32,000 bases of DNA from Thermococcus kodakarensis KOD1 (GTDB lineage Archaea > Methanobacteriota_B > Thermococci > Thermococcales > Thermococcaceae). The stretch is taken from contig NC_006624.1 in assembly GCF_000009965.1 (NCBI RefSeq), positions 1,680,001 to 1,712,000 on the forward strand. Reading direction: 5' to 3'. Below are positions 8,873 to 17,619 of this stretch, piece after piece. The notes under the pieces were generated by a model. It saw nothing but the letters and a program-made list of their open reading frames with translations. It was not told the origin of the DNA and searched no databases. The position numbers were made by a program, and so were the translations under genes. Positions within the stretch are counted from its first letter, which is position 1. Each line of letters starts with the position of its first letter.

Positions 8873-9649
8873 ATGAAGGTCATCATCCTCGGCTCCGGCT
8901 CATACAGTGGAACTCCCAAGCCCCTCTGCACCTGCGAGAACTGTTCAAGGGCGAGGATAAACCCAGCGTTGAGGAGAACGCGCTTTTCACTCTATATTGA
9001 GGGTGGAATCCTAGTTGACCCCAGCCCGGATCTGCACTACCACCTTGAGCGGCTGAACAGGAAAGTTGAGAAGGTATTCATAACCCACGCCCACTTCGAC
9101 CACATAGCGGGCTTTCCGGAGCTTCAGGTCTTCAAGAGGATAGACGTCTACTCCCACAGGCAGGCGATTGATATGGCCAAGCACCTATCGGCCATCTTCC
9201 TCGGGGGAGCCGCTCCAGAAAACAGGGACTGGGGCTATCACGAGCTCGAATTCGGGAAATGGTATGAGATTGACGGGATGAAAGTCCATCACTTCAGAAC
9301 GACCCACCGCTCGATTGAGAACGCCGGCGGCTTCCTCTTTGAAATCAAAGGAAAAAGAATAGCCGTAACCGGGGACACAGGGCCGGAGATACTAAAGGAT
9401 AAGAAAACGCTTAAGCTCCTAGAAGGCGCTGACCTTCTTATAGCAGAGATGACCCACAGGGAGTCAATCCCCGGAACTCACCTCGGGGTGGAAGATGCCA
9501 TAAAGCTGGCAGAGATAACGGGCGCTTCCTACGCCGTCTTCGCCCACATAAGCCACAGCAACTATACACACGAGGTTCTTGAGAAGAGAGTGAGGGAGAG
9601 CGGAATAAAAGGAGAGGTCGCGAGGGACTTCACATGGATTGAACTATAA
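8873..9649 (+). CDS. MBL-fold metallo-hydrolase (PhnP/RNase Z-like subgroup)
   Basis: HxHxDH motif (THAHFDH) and an N-terminal Cys cluster (CTCENC), as in PhnP-type phosphodiesterases. A GAGGTGAT RBS precedes the ATG at 8873, which is preferred over the track start at 8855. Confidence 0.85.
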   Translation: MKVIILGSGSYSGTPKPLCTCENCSRARINPALRRTRFSLYIEGGILVDPSPDLHYHLERLNRKVEKVFITHAHFDHIAGFPELQVFKRIDVYSHRQAIDMAKHLSAIFLGGAAPENRDWGYHELEFGKWYEIDGMKVHHFRTTHRSIENAGGFLFEIKGKRIAVTGDTGPEILKDKKTLKLLEGADLLIAEMTHRESIPGTHLGVEDAIKLAEITGASYAVFAHISHSNYTHEVLEKRVRESGIKGEVARDFTWIEL

Positions 9650-9707
9650 ACAAGAATTACAAAAACTTTTATATATTCCATGCTTTATACTATTTTTGGT
9701 GGTATAG

Positions 9708-10472
9708 ATGTTGGATACTGACATAATGGTTGCAAAAATTGGGTGGTCATTCAACAACTGGAGAGGATTTGACCAGGAGATGTTCAAGAACAGGCTTCTT
9801 TACGACTTTGAGTACATTAGGAATACAGGGTTCGGACATGAGCTGTGGAACTTCTACGAGGGATTCAGCAAAAACAACTACTTTGGCCACATTGAGGGTA
9901 ATCCAGCCAACTTTACTTCGGGTATTGTGCTTTTTGTCTCAAAATTCATTGATCCTCGGGACCCAAGGCCCAGGGGGAGTTCATTGTACTTAGTTGGATT
10001 GTATGGAAACGCAATATACGAACCCAATGGCTTCAAAACCGGTACGAGGATCGTTGATCTTCTGCCCGACTATGCGGTTGAACACATCGAAAATCTTGTC
10101 CAAATGAGATCGTGGAAGGGAAAAGACCCAGACCGCCACTTGGAATACCTTGAAAGGCTATTGGACGGTGAGGAATACACGGCTAGGCTTGTTGCCAGCA
10201 AGAAGTACTCCACCGCGTTCATCCCAAGATACAATGGATATGTTGAAATAGACAAAACCGATATAGGAGTTGAAGAGGTTAAACAGTGGAAGTTCACGTA
10301 CAGGATCCCTCTAGAAAACGCACTCAGGCTACTTGATATAGCAATATTCCGACATGAACGCATAGCAAGAAATGAAGTTGAGGAATCTGTACCAGGAGAA
10401 CTCAGAAAACAAGCAATAGAAATAGCCACAAGGATTAAAAGAGTCAAAAAGATTTTAGAGCGCTTGGGCTAA
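9708..10472 (+). CDS. Hypothetical protein, no family recognised; low-GC gene
   Basis: 254-aa intact ORF. A GGTGGT RBS lies 5 nt upstream and a TATA-like CTTTTATATATT ~30 nt upstream. The N-terminal ~110 aa are W/F/Y/G-rich (KIGWSFNNWRGF, GFGHELWNFYEGF). The C-terminus is a helical, charged tail. The first 120 nt are ~39% G+C by hand count. Confidence 0.6.
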   Translation: MLDTDIMVAKIGWSFNNWRGFDQEMFKNRLLYDFEYIRNTGFGHELWNFYEGFSKNNYFGHIEGNPANFTSGIVLFVSKFIDPRDPRPRGSSLYLVGLYGNAIYEPNGFKTGTRIVDLLPDYAVEHIENLVQMRSWKGKDPDRHLEYLERLLDGEEYTARLVASKKYSTAFIPRYNGYVEIDKTDIGVEEVKQWKFTYRIPLENALRLLDIAIFRHERIARNEVEESVPGELRKQAIEIATRIKRVKKILERLG

Positions 10473-10476
10473 AAGC

Positions 10477-11916
10477 TCAAAGCCTCCCGTTCTCCCTCAG
10501 CCACTCTCCGTATTTTACGAGAGCATAGACGGCGTCAACGCCGTCCTCAACCGTCTCGTAGACTGGAATGCCCTTCAGCTCGATGTTCCTTGCCATCTTG
10601 TGCGGGTAGTCTCCACCCGGAGCAACGAAGACTATCGGCTTGCCATAGACCTTCATCCTCTCCATGGCATCAACGATTCCTTCATCGAGTGCCGGGCTCT
10701 GGAAGAGGGCTATGACGACGAGGACGTCAACGTTCGGATCTTCGAGGGCGTAGCGCATGGCGATCTCATAGCGGCTCGATGGAGCATCTCCTATGACGTC
10801 TATCGGGTTCTTGTAGCTCATATGCGCCGGAAGCTTTCCTTCCTCGATGTCCTTCTTAAAGCGCTCGTTGGTTTCTTCGCTAAGCTCGGCGAGCTTCATG
10901 CCCCTCTCAAGCAGGCCGTCGCTCATCATGACTCCAGCGCCGCCGCCGTTGGTGACGATGGCCACGCGGTCGCCCTTTGCCGGGCTCTGCATTGCCAAGG
11001 CCTTGGCGTAGTTGAAGAGCTGTCTCATGCTCTTGGCCTCTAAAACTCCAGTCTGCTCGAAAGCCGCCTGGTATATCTTGTAAGAGCCTGCCAGAGAGCC
11101 AGTATGGGAAGCGGCAGCCTTTGCTCCAGCTTCAGTTCTTCCGCTCTTGAGGACAACGACGGGCTTCTTGAGGGTGACCTCTTTGGCGGTGTTGAAGAAC
11201 TTCCTGCCGTCCTTGACGCCCTCGATGTAGCCGGTTATGACGCCGGTCTTTGGATCGTCGCCGAGGTAGGCCATGAAGTCGCTCTCGTCCAGATCTGCCA
11301 TGTTGCCGAGGCTGATGAACTTGCTCATACCAATCTTGTGGCTCGCGGCCCAGTCGAGGATCGCCGCGCCGAAGGCACCGCTCTGGCTCATGAAGGCGAC
11401 CTTTCCGAAGGGCGGCCTGGCCTGCCTTTCGGGCGGGTTGAAGTTGCAGTCGAAGCCGTTCTCAAGGTTGGTAACTCCCAGACAGTTCGGGCCGACTACC
11501 CTTATACCCCACTTCCTGGCCCTTCTAACGAGCTCCTCCTCAAGATCGGCCCTTCCAGCCTCTTTGAAGCCAGCTGAGATGACAACTGCTGCCTTAACGC
11601 CCTTCTCTCCGCACTCGTCAATGACATCGGGCACGAACTTTGCGGGGACTGCTATGACGGCGACATCAACCTCATCGGGAATCTCCTTAACGCTCCTGTA
11701 GACCTTAAACTTCTTGCCGTTTACTTCAATCTCCCCGCCCTTAACGTTGACGGGGTAAACCTTTCCATCGAAGCGGAGGGTTATCGAGCGCATTATGGCG
11801 TTTCCAACCTTTCCGGGCACGTTTGAGGCACCTATGACTGCGACGCTCTTGGGATAAAACAGGAAGTCCAGGTTCGGGGTCTCCACTGAAATCACCTCCG
11901 AAGCTTTTTCGGGCAT
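10477..11916 (-). CDS. NDP(ADP)-forming acyl-CoA synthetase, alpha subunit (acetyl-/succinyl-CoA synthetase family)
   Basis: 479 aa. CoA-binding N-terminus (KSVAVIGASNVPGKVG) and a phosphohistidine loop (AASHTGSLAGS), with succinyl-CoA-synthetase-like flavodoxin domains. Substrate specificity cannot be read from the sequence. Confidence 0.9.
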   Translation of the reverse strand: MPEKASEVISVETPNLDFLFYPKSVAVIGASNVPGKVGNAIMRSITLRFDGKVYPVNVKGGEIEVNGKKFKVYRSVKEIPDEVDVAVIAVPAKFVPDVIDECGEKGVKAAVVISAGFKEAGRADLEEELVRRARKWGIRVVGPNCLGVTNLENGFDCNFNPPERQARPPFGKVAFMSQSGAFGAAILDWAASHKIGMSKFISLGNMADLDESDFMAYLGDDPKTGVITGYIEGVKDGRKFFNTAKEVTLKKPVVVLKSGRTEAGAKAAASHTGSLAGSYKIYQAAFEQTGVLEAKSMRQLFNYAKALAMQSPAKGDRVAIVTNGGGAGVMMSDGLLERGMKLAELSEETNERFKKDIEEGKLPAHMSYKNPIDVIGDAPSSRYEIAMRYALEDPNVDVLVVIALFQSPALDEGIVDAMERMKVYGKPIVFVAPGGDYPHKMARNIELKGIPVYETVEDGVDAVYALVKYGEWLRENGRL

Positions 11917-11933
11917 GAGTTTTTAAGGGTTCC

Positions 11934-11987
11934 TGGATATGGATTTTATATCCATTGGTGGTCAGGCTTTACATATATAAACCTGAC
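11934..11987. promoter_or_regulatory. Divergent promoter region with two inverted repeats overlapping TATA-like boxes
   Basis: IR1 is TGGATAT(11934-11940)/ATATCCA(11948-11954). It overlaps GGATATAAAATCC on the minus strand, a TATA candidate ~26 nt upstream of the synthetase ATG. IR2 is GTCAGG(11961-11966)/CCTGAC(11982-11987), bracketing ACATATATAAA. Confidence 0.35.
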
Positions 11988-12072
11988 GGTGATGAAGTTT
12001 CGGAAGAGAACAAAAGAGTTAAATGCCCGAACGTTAAAAGAGACGTTAGAACGTTTAAATTGGGTGGTCGAA

Positions 12073-12654
12073 ATGGCAAAGGTAAAGGTGATCACTGACC
12101 CAGAGGTCATAAAGCTGATGCTCGAAGACACAAGGAGGAAGATACTCCAACTCTTGAGAAACAGGGAGATGACGATCTCTCAGCTGAGCGAAATCCTCGG
12201 AAAGACGCCTCAGACAATCTATCACCACATTGAGAAGCTCAAGGAGGCTGGACTGGTAGAGGTCAAGCGGACGGAGATGAAGGGAAACCTCGTGGAGAAG
12301 TACTACGGAAGAACAGCTGACGCATTCTATATAAACCTCTACCTCGGCGACGAGGAGCTCCGCTATTTTGCCCGCTCAAGGCTCAAGACGAAGCTCGAGA
12401 TATTCAAAGCCCTTGGCTACGAGTTCAACGATGAGGAGCTTCTCAACGTCATGGACGAACTCCTCAAGAAGGAGCATGACTACAAGACGGAGATTTCAAA
12501 GGAGATTGAAGTAAACGAGGAAAAACTAAAGGACTTCTCAAACGAGGACATAATCCACGCAATAGAGTGGCTTGCCATGGCCAAGATGGGTAGAGACGAA
12601 GAGGTTTTGAACCTCCTCAGAAAGCTGGGCGAGATACTCAAAAAGGAGGAATAA
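12073..12654 (+). CDS. ArsR-family wHTH transcriptional regulator with C-terminal helical extension
   Basis: The N-terminus (DPEVIKLMLEDTRRKILQLLRNREMTISQLSEILGKTPQTIYHHIEKLKEAGLV) is a typical ArsR/SmtB HTH. ATG 12073 was chosen by alignment to the paralogue at 12973; the ORF track starts at 11989. Confidence 0.8.
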   Translation: MAKVKVITDPEVIKLMLEDTRRKILQLLRNREMTISQLSEILGKTPQTIYHHIEKLKEAGLVEVKRTEMKGNLVEKYYGRTADAFYINLYLGDEELRYFARSRLKTKLEIFKALGYEFNDEELLNVMDELLKKEHDYKTEISKEIEVNEEKLKDFSNEDIIHAIEWLAMAKMGRDEEVLNLLRKLGEILKKEE

Positions 12655-12657
12655 TGG

Positions 12658-12963
12658 ATGGCGAGGGGGATAAGGCTTCTCGTACTGGACGTGCTCAAGC
12701 CGCACCAGCCGATGGTCACTGACCTCGCGCTTGGTCTGAGCGAGCTTGAGGGGGTTGACGGCGTCAACATAACCCTTGTCGAGATAGACAAGGAGACTGA
12801 GAACGTAAAGATAACCATAATGGGCGACAACCTTGACTACGAGGAGATCGTCAGAACAATCGAGGAGTTCGGCGGCGTCGTCCACAGCATAGATATGGTG
12901 GCGGCCGGAAAGAGGATAATCGAAGAAGAGGAAACTCCGCAGGACAAACTGGAGGAGTACTGA
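12658..12963 (+). CDS. DUF211-family protein
   Basis: 101 aa. MARGIRLLVLDVLKPHQP...GVDGVNITLVEIDKETENVKITI.G..LDYEEI...IE..GGVVHSID matches the DUF211 pattern. It starts 3 nt after the previous stop. Confidence 0.8.
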   Translation: MARGIRLLVLDVLKPHQPMVTDLALGLSELEGVDGVNITLVEIDKETENVKITIMGDNLDYEEIVRTIEEFGGVVHSIDMVAAGKRIIEEEETPQDKLEEY

Positions 12964-12972
12964 GGGCCTGCT

Positions 12973-13530
12973 ATGAGGGAAGTTTTGATAATCACAAACC
13001 CCAAAACCGTAAAGGTGCTCTCCGACCCAACTAGATTCCAGATACTCAAACTGCTCAGAGAGAGGCCAATGAGCGTCAATGAGCTGAGCGACCTCCTGGG
13101 AAAGGACAGAACAACTGTTTACAGACACATAAAGGCGCTAGAAGCTGAAGGTCTCGTGGAGGAGATAGACACGGAGGGAAACGAGAGAATATACGCAAGA
13201 ACGGCTAGGATGTTCCTGATAAAGGCAGAACCCGATGAGAGCATCGAGGAGTTCAGACAGTCCTACCTGCAGGTCGAGGCTGAAAGAATAGTTATGATAC
13301 TCGAAAAGAGTGGCTTCCAGATAAAGGACAGGGAAGCCCTCAAGGCCCTTATAAAGGAAGTCCTCAATACAATCGAACTCCGCTCTCAGCCAGTCATAAA
13401 GAGAATTTCAGATGCCAACATTGAACTGACGGAGATAGAGCTGTTCCACCTCCTCAACATGCTCGTCTTCTTCCAGAGCTGCGAGCTCTGCGATCACGCG
13501 AAAAGAGTTAAAGACCTCATCTCGTTCTGA
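12973..13530 (+). CDS. ArsR-family wHTH transcriptional regulator (paralogue of 12073-12654)
   Basis: 185 aa with HTH core DPTRFQILKLLRERPMSVNELSDLLGKDRTTVYRHIKALEAEGLV. There is a 9-nt gap after the DUF211 gene. The C-terminal tail contains a CELCDH cluster. Confidence 0.8.
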   Translation: MREVLIITNPKTVKVLSDPTRFQILKLLRERPMSVNELSDLLGKDRTTVYRHIKALEAEGLVEEIDTEGNERIYARTARMFLIKAEPDESIEEFRQSYLQVEAERIVMILEKSGFQIKDREALKALIKEVLNTIELRSQPVIKRISDANIELTEIELFHLLNMLVFFQSCELCDHAKRVKDLISF

Positions 13531-13660
13531 TGCATCCATTCTTGTTAATTTCTATTTTGGACTTTCAAGTTGTTGGCAACTCCAACGTAACATAAAGACA
13601 CAAAACCAATATTGAGCATTGTGCATAGTAATGTTCTCCAATGTTCTTAAATGGCAAAAC

Positions 13661-13684
13661 TTAAATATTTCACCAGCAGTGATA
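13661..13684 (+). promoter_or_regulatory. Amylase promoter: TATA box (TTAAATAT) followed directly by a Thermococcales glycolytic motif (TGM, TrmBL1/Tgr operator)
   Basis: 13668-13684 reads TTTCAC-CAGCA-GTGATA, against the published TGM consensus TATCAC-N5-GTGATA (one mismatch). It abuts the TATA box ~35-50 nt upstream of ATG 13718. Confidence 0.6.
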
Positions 13685-13717
13685 CATAGAGACACCGCTG
13701 AACACAGAGGTGGTTCC

Positions 13718-15103
13718 ATGAAGAAGTTTGTCGCCCTGCTCATAACCATGTTTTTCGTAGTGAGCATGGCTGCCGTTGCACAGCCAGCTAGCGCCGCAAA
13801 GTATTCCGAACTCGAAGAAGGCGGCGTTATAATGCAGGCCTTCTACTGGGACGTTCCAGCGGGAGGAATCTGGTGGGATACAATCAGAAGCAAGATACCG
13901 GAGTGGTACGAGGCTGGAATCTCCGCCATCTGGATTCCGCCAGCCAGCAAGGGCATGGGAGGAGCTTATTCAATGGGCTACGACCCATACGACTTCTTCG
14001 ACCTCGGCGAGTACAACCAGAAGGGAACAGTTGAAACTCGCTTTGGCTCAAAGCAGGAGCTTATCAACATGATAAACACCGCCCATGCCTACGGCATAAA
14101 GGTCATAGCTGATATCGTCATAAACCACCGCGCGGGCGGAGACCTCGAGTGGAACCCGTTCGTTGGGGACTACACCTGGACGGACTTCTCGAAGGTGGCC
14201 TCGGGCAAATATACCGCCAACTACCTCGACTTCCACCCCAACGAGGTCAAGTGCTGTGACGAGGGCACATTTGGAGGTTTCCCAGACATAGCCCACGAGA
14301 AGGAGTGGGACCAGCACTGGCTCTGGGCGAGCGACGAGAGCTACGCCGCCTACCTCAGGAGCATCGGCGTTGATGCCTGGCGTTTCGACTACGTAAAGGG
14401 CTACGGAGCGTGGGTCGTCAAGGACTGGCTCAACTGGTGGGGCGGCTGGGCCGTCGGTGAGTACTGGGACACGAACGTTGATGCACTCCTCAATTGGGCA
14501 TACTCGAGCGGCGCCAAGGTCTTCGACTTCCCGCTCTACTACAAAATGGACGAGGCCTTTGACAACACCAACATCCCGGCCTTGGTTGATGCCCTCCAGA
14601 ACGGGGGAACCGTCGTCTCTCGCGACCCGTTCAAGGCCGTAACCTTTGTAGCAAACCACGACACCGATATAATCTGGAACAAGTACCCTGCTTATGCTTT
14701 CATCCTCACCTACGAGGGCCAGCCCGTCATATTCTACCGCGACTACGAGGAGTGGCTCAACAAGGACAAGCTTAACAACCTAATCTGGATACACGACCAC
14801 CTCGCGGGTGGAAGCACGAGCATAGTCTACTACGACAGCGACGAGCTGATCTTCGTGAGGAACGGCGACTCCAAGAGGCCGGGACTGATAACGTACATCA
14901 ACCTCGGCTCTAGCAAGGTCGGAAGGTGGGTGTACGTGCCGAAGTTCGCGGGCGCGTGCATCCACGAGTACACCGGCAACCTCGGAGGCTGGGTAGACAA
15001 GTACGTCGAGTCGAGCGGCTGGGTCTATCTCGAAGCTCCAGCTTACGACCCCGCCAGCGGGCAGTACGGCTACACCGTCTGGAGCTACTGCGGGGTTGGA
15101 TGA
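13718..15103 (+). CDS. Secreted GH13 alpha-amylase (Thermococcus/Pyrococcus extracellular type)
   Basis: Signal peptide [26 protein letters not shown]. The four GH13 regions are present: [30 protein letters not shown]. Overall it is very close to the Thermococcales alpha-amylases I recall. An AGAGGTGG RBS precedes ATG 13718. Confidence 0.95.
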   Translation: MKKFVALLITMFFVVSMAAVAQPASAAKYSELEEGGVIMQAFYWDVPAGGIWWDTIRSKIPEWYEAGISAIWIPPASKGMGGAYSMGYDPYDFFDLGEYNQKGTVETRFGSKQELINMINTAHAYGIKVIADIVINHRAGGDLEWNPFVGDYTWTDFSKVASGKYTANYLDFHPNEVKCCDEGTFGGFPDIAHEKEWDQHWLWASDESYAAYLRSIGVDAWRFDYVKGYGAWVVKDWLNWWGGWAVGEYWDTNVDALLNWAYSSGAKVFDFPLYYKMDEAFDNTNIPALVDALQNGGTVVSRDPFKAVTFVANHDTDIIWNKYPAYAFILTYEGQPVIFYRDYEEWLNKDKLNNLIWIHDHLAGGSTSIVYYDSDELIFVRNGDSKRPGLITYINLGSSKVGRWVYVPKFAGACIHEYTGNLGGWVDKYVESSGWVYLEAPAYDPASGQYGYTVWSYCGVG

Positions 15104-15115
15104 TAGCCCCCCTTT

Positions 15116-15739
15116 TCATTCCTTTTGGATTTCATAGACCTCATCCGTTAGATAATTTCCTGTAACTCTCTCGACCGGAATCTCAACCGTCCCATTTCCT
15201 GTTTCAATTCTTACCAGCACATCGTAGAGCCTCCCCCTCACTTCGACGGTCTCGTTCACGCAGGTGGTCTCATTCGCTGTCCTGAACTTGAAGATTAGTA
15301 TTGCATTCCTCTCTAGGCTGTAACCTATGTAAATGGCATTGAGACAGCCGGTCAAGGTTATGCGTCTCGTTAAGGCATCATCAAGAGTTTTGTAGCAGTT
15401 CTCTCTCCTGAAAACAAAAGTGTCATTCTGGCTCTCCGCCCTGCAGAAGAGCGTTGAGCCGTCCTGTATCTCGGCGATGACGTAGTCGGGGGCAACGTCA
15501 AAGACTTCCTCAAGTTCCCAAACGTTCTTTCCCGCTGGTGACTCTTTAAAGCGAAAAACGGCAACGTGGGTGACGGCGTTTGGATAGCCCTTGAGCAACC
15601 CGGCTCCGTTAAACTCTACCGGTCTTTGAAACTCCGCGTGGAACCTGGCTGGATACTTCTCGGATGAGTCCAGGAGAAATGTAAAAACCACAACCGAGGT
15701 GAGAACTAAAAAGAGAAAGAGGCCAACGACTCGCTTCAT
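15116..15739 (-). CDS. Hypothetical exported or membrane-anchored protein
   Basis: 207 aa with an N-terminal hydrophobic anchor (VVGLFLFLVLTSVVVFTFLL) and several Cys and N-X-T sites. It starts 9 nt after the nnr stop, so it is probably co-transcribed. Confidence 0.6.
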   Translation of the reverse strand: MKRVVGLFLFLVLTSVVVFTFLLDSSEKYPARFHAEFQRPVEFNGAGLLKGYPNAVTHVAVFRFKESPAGKNVWELEEVFDVAPDYVIAEIQDGSTLFCRAESQNDTFVFRRENCYKTLDDALTRRITLTGCLNAIYIGYSLERNAILIFKFRTANETTCVNETVEVRGRLYDVLVRIETGNGTVEIPVERVTGNYLTDEVYEIQKE

Positions 15740-15748
15740 GAGACCACC

Positions 15749-17191
15749 TCAAAACTCCAGCACCCACTTTACTGCCTGCGGCACCTTTTCGGCAACGTCC
15801 AAAGCCGTGAAGTTCTCTCCCATCTCTTCCTTCACCATATCGCCAGCGAGGCCGTTTAGGAAGGCCCCAGCAGAGGCGGCTCTCAGCGGAGAGTTTCCAA
15901 GCGCAAGGAGTGCTCCTACTAGACCAGCCAAAACGTCTCCAGTCCCGCCGGTCGTCATGCCCCTGTTGCCGGTCTTGTTGTACTTCCAGCCTTTTCCGTC
16001 GCTTATGATGTCATAGGCTCCCTTGAGCAGGACCGTTCCCCCAACGCCCTTTGCTTTCTCCACCACGAGCTTCGCCTTCTCTTCAAGGCTTCCTTCAGGC
16101 TTCTCACCAAACAGTATCCTGAACTCACCGGCGTGGGGTGTCAGAACGAAGTTCTTGCCCTTGAGAACGTCCAAATCCTCGGCGACGGCCTTCAGGGCGT
16201 CGGCGTCTATAACTACAGGCTTCTCGCACCAGCGGAGAAACTCAACGACGAACTCCTTTGTCTCGGCCCTCTGTCCAATTCCCGGCCCGATAACGACTGC
16301 ATCAACCCCATCAGCTATTGCCAGAACGTCCTCAACGTCTTCCTTCCTGAAGTTTCTCCTCTCAAAGGGACGCAGGATTACGTTGGGGTCGTTTATTCTC
16401 CTCGCCGAATACTCGGGCATCGCAAGGTAGACCAGATCAACGAGGTATGAAGCCGCTTTCGCCGCGAGATAAGGCGCTCCGAAGTAGTCCTCGCTTCCTC
16501 CTATGACAAGTAGCTTCCCGTTCTGCCCCTTGTGCTCGCCCTTCTTCCTCAGCGCGAACTTGGCATCGCCCGGGCCCACTAGGTGGTAAAGCTCCTTCGG
16601 GTAGCCTATTTTCACTATAACGCGCTCAAAACCCCCGTATTCTTCCTTGTCCCACTGGAAAGTGACGGCAAAATCACACTTAACGCGGATATCGCTCGGA
16701 TAACCGCTCGGAAGGTCAACGCTCACTATCTTGGCTTTTCCGGAGTACTCGTTTATCTTCTCGATGGCGCTCCGTATCGGCTCCCTTGGTTCTCCTTTCG
16801 TTCCTGCTCCCAAAAGTGCATCCACTATGACATCGAACTCAGAGAGATCGAGAGACTTGATGTAAGACGAGTCCTTTAGAATTCTAATCTTAACGAAGTC
16901 GAGCTTTTTGAGAATCTCCCAGTTGTGCTTTGCCTCCTCGCTTCTAATCTTCGCCTCGTCGCCAACGAGGAAGAGGGTAACATCGTTCTCGAAGCTGAGG
17001 TGTCTCGTCGCGACGAAGCCGTCGCCCCCGTTGTTTCCAGTTCCAGAAAAGACCGCTACCTTAAGCCCCTTCCCGAAGCGCTCCTCAATTGTTCTCGCGA
17101 CACCAGCGCCGGCGTTCTCCATGAGCTGAACCGGTGAAATCCCAAGCCACTTAGCGTTTATGTCCCAGATATAAACGTCTTCGATTCTCAT
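15749..17191 (-). CDS. nnr: Bifunctional NAD(P)H-hydrate repair enzyme (epimerase + ADP-dependent dehydratase)
   Basis: YjeF-N domain (FSGTGNNGGDGFV) fused to a YjeF-C carbohydrate-kinase domain (GGSEDYFGAPYLAA, TTGGTGDVLAG). ATG 17191 has a GGTGGTG RBS; the track uses the GTG at 17200. Confidence 0.9.
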   Translation of the reverse strand: MRIEDVYIWDINAKWLGISPVQLMENAGAGVARTIEERFGKGLKVAVFSGTGNNGGDGFVATRHLSFENDVTLFLVGDEAKIRSEEAKHNWEILKKLDFVKIRILKDSSYIKSLDLSEFDVIVDALLGAGTKGEPREPIRSAIEKINEYSGKAKIVSVDLPSGYPSDIRVKCDFAVTFQWDKEEYGGFERVIVKIGYPKELYHLVGPGDAKFALRKKGEHKGQNGKLLVIGGSEDYFGAPYLAAKAASYLVDLVYLAMPEYSARRINDPNVILRPFERRNFRKEDVEDVLAIADGVDAVVIGPGIGQRAETKEFVVEFLRWCEKPVVIDADALKAVAEDLDVLKGKNFVLTPHAGEFRILFGEKPEGSLEEKAKLVVEKAKGVGGTVLLKGAYDIISDGKGWKYNKTGNRGMTTGGTGDVLAGLVGALLALGNSPLRAASAGAFLNGLAGDMVKEEMGENFTALDVAEKVPQAVKWVLEF

Positions 17192-17280
17192 GCGCACCAC
17201 CAGTACAATTTCGGAGGGAAATAATAAAAGGGCATCGCAAGAGTTTTATACTCACAGGCGTAATAACCTCGGGAGCACCC

Positions 17281-17619
17281 ATGATCGTTGAGGCCATCTT
17301 CGGCTTCCTGTTCATGCTCGGCTGGGCGCTTTCCTATGCCTACGTTGCAAGGGTCAAAAGCACGCCCAGGGCCATCCTTGGAGTTTCCCTGCTCTATGGG
17401 GTGATGTTGCTCTTCTCCAAGCTCCGCTTTGAGAGCTACAAACACGGAGGCAGCCTACTCGGGTGGCTGATGGGCATCGCTTCGGGCTTCTTTGTCGGCC
17501 TGTGGCTCGTTCAAAAACACGGGCCAGACAAGATGACAGAGGAGAGCGCGGTGGCGATGCTCCTCGTCGGCCCCGTGATTCTTGTGGGCCTTTTAATCGC
17601 CGTGATGTTGCTGTTTTAG
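17281..17619 (+). CDS. Hypothetical small membrane protein
   Basis: 112 aa with about 4 hydrophobic helices. Its 3' end overlaps the convergent gene by 27 nt. No family recognised. Confidence 0.5.
   Translation: MIVEAIFGFLFMLGWALSYAYVARVKSTPRAILGVSLLYGVMLLFSKLRFESYKHGGSLLGWLMGIASGFFVGLWLVQKHGPDKMTEESAVAMLLVGPVILVGLLIAVMLLF

Noticed and set aside
9213-9234. CTCCAGAAAACAGGGACTGGGG, superficially ORB-like with a G-string, inside the MBL gene
   Set aside because: It lacks half of the dyad (no TGGAA arm) and aligns to the ORB pattern only with a 4-nt deletion. Chance resemblance in coding sequence is the likely explanation.
11988-11994. C-box-like GTGATGA, a possible C/D box sRNA in the synthetase/ArsR spacer
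   Set aside because: No D', C' or terminal D box (CTGA) lies at the required spacing downstream. The sequence is better explained as promoter and leader of the ArsR operon.
13619-13717. 5' extension of the amylase ORF (track start 13619, [15 protein letters not shown]...)
   Set aside because: It runs through the TATA box and TGM operator. The signal peptide and an AGAGGTGG RBS define ATG 13718 as the start.
14048-14659. Long antisense or alternative-frame ORFs inside real genes (e.g. 14048-14659, 5447-5974, 10600-11043, 11104-11577, 16023-16430, 24770-25411, 30409-30879, 12538-13128)
   Set aside because: These are shadow ORFs opposite or out of frame with strongly supported genes. Their translations are low-complexity (Arg/Leu/Ser/Val-rich) with no recognisable motifs or start signals.
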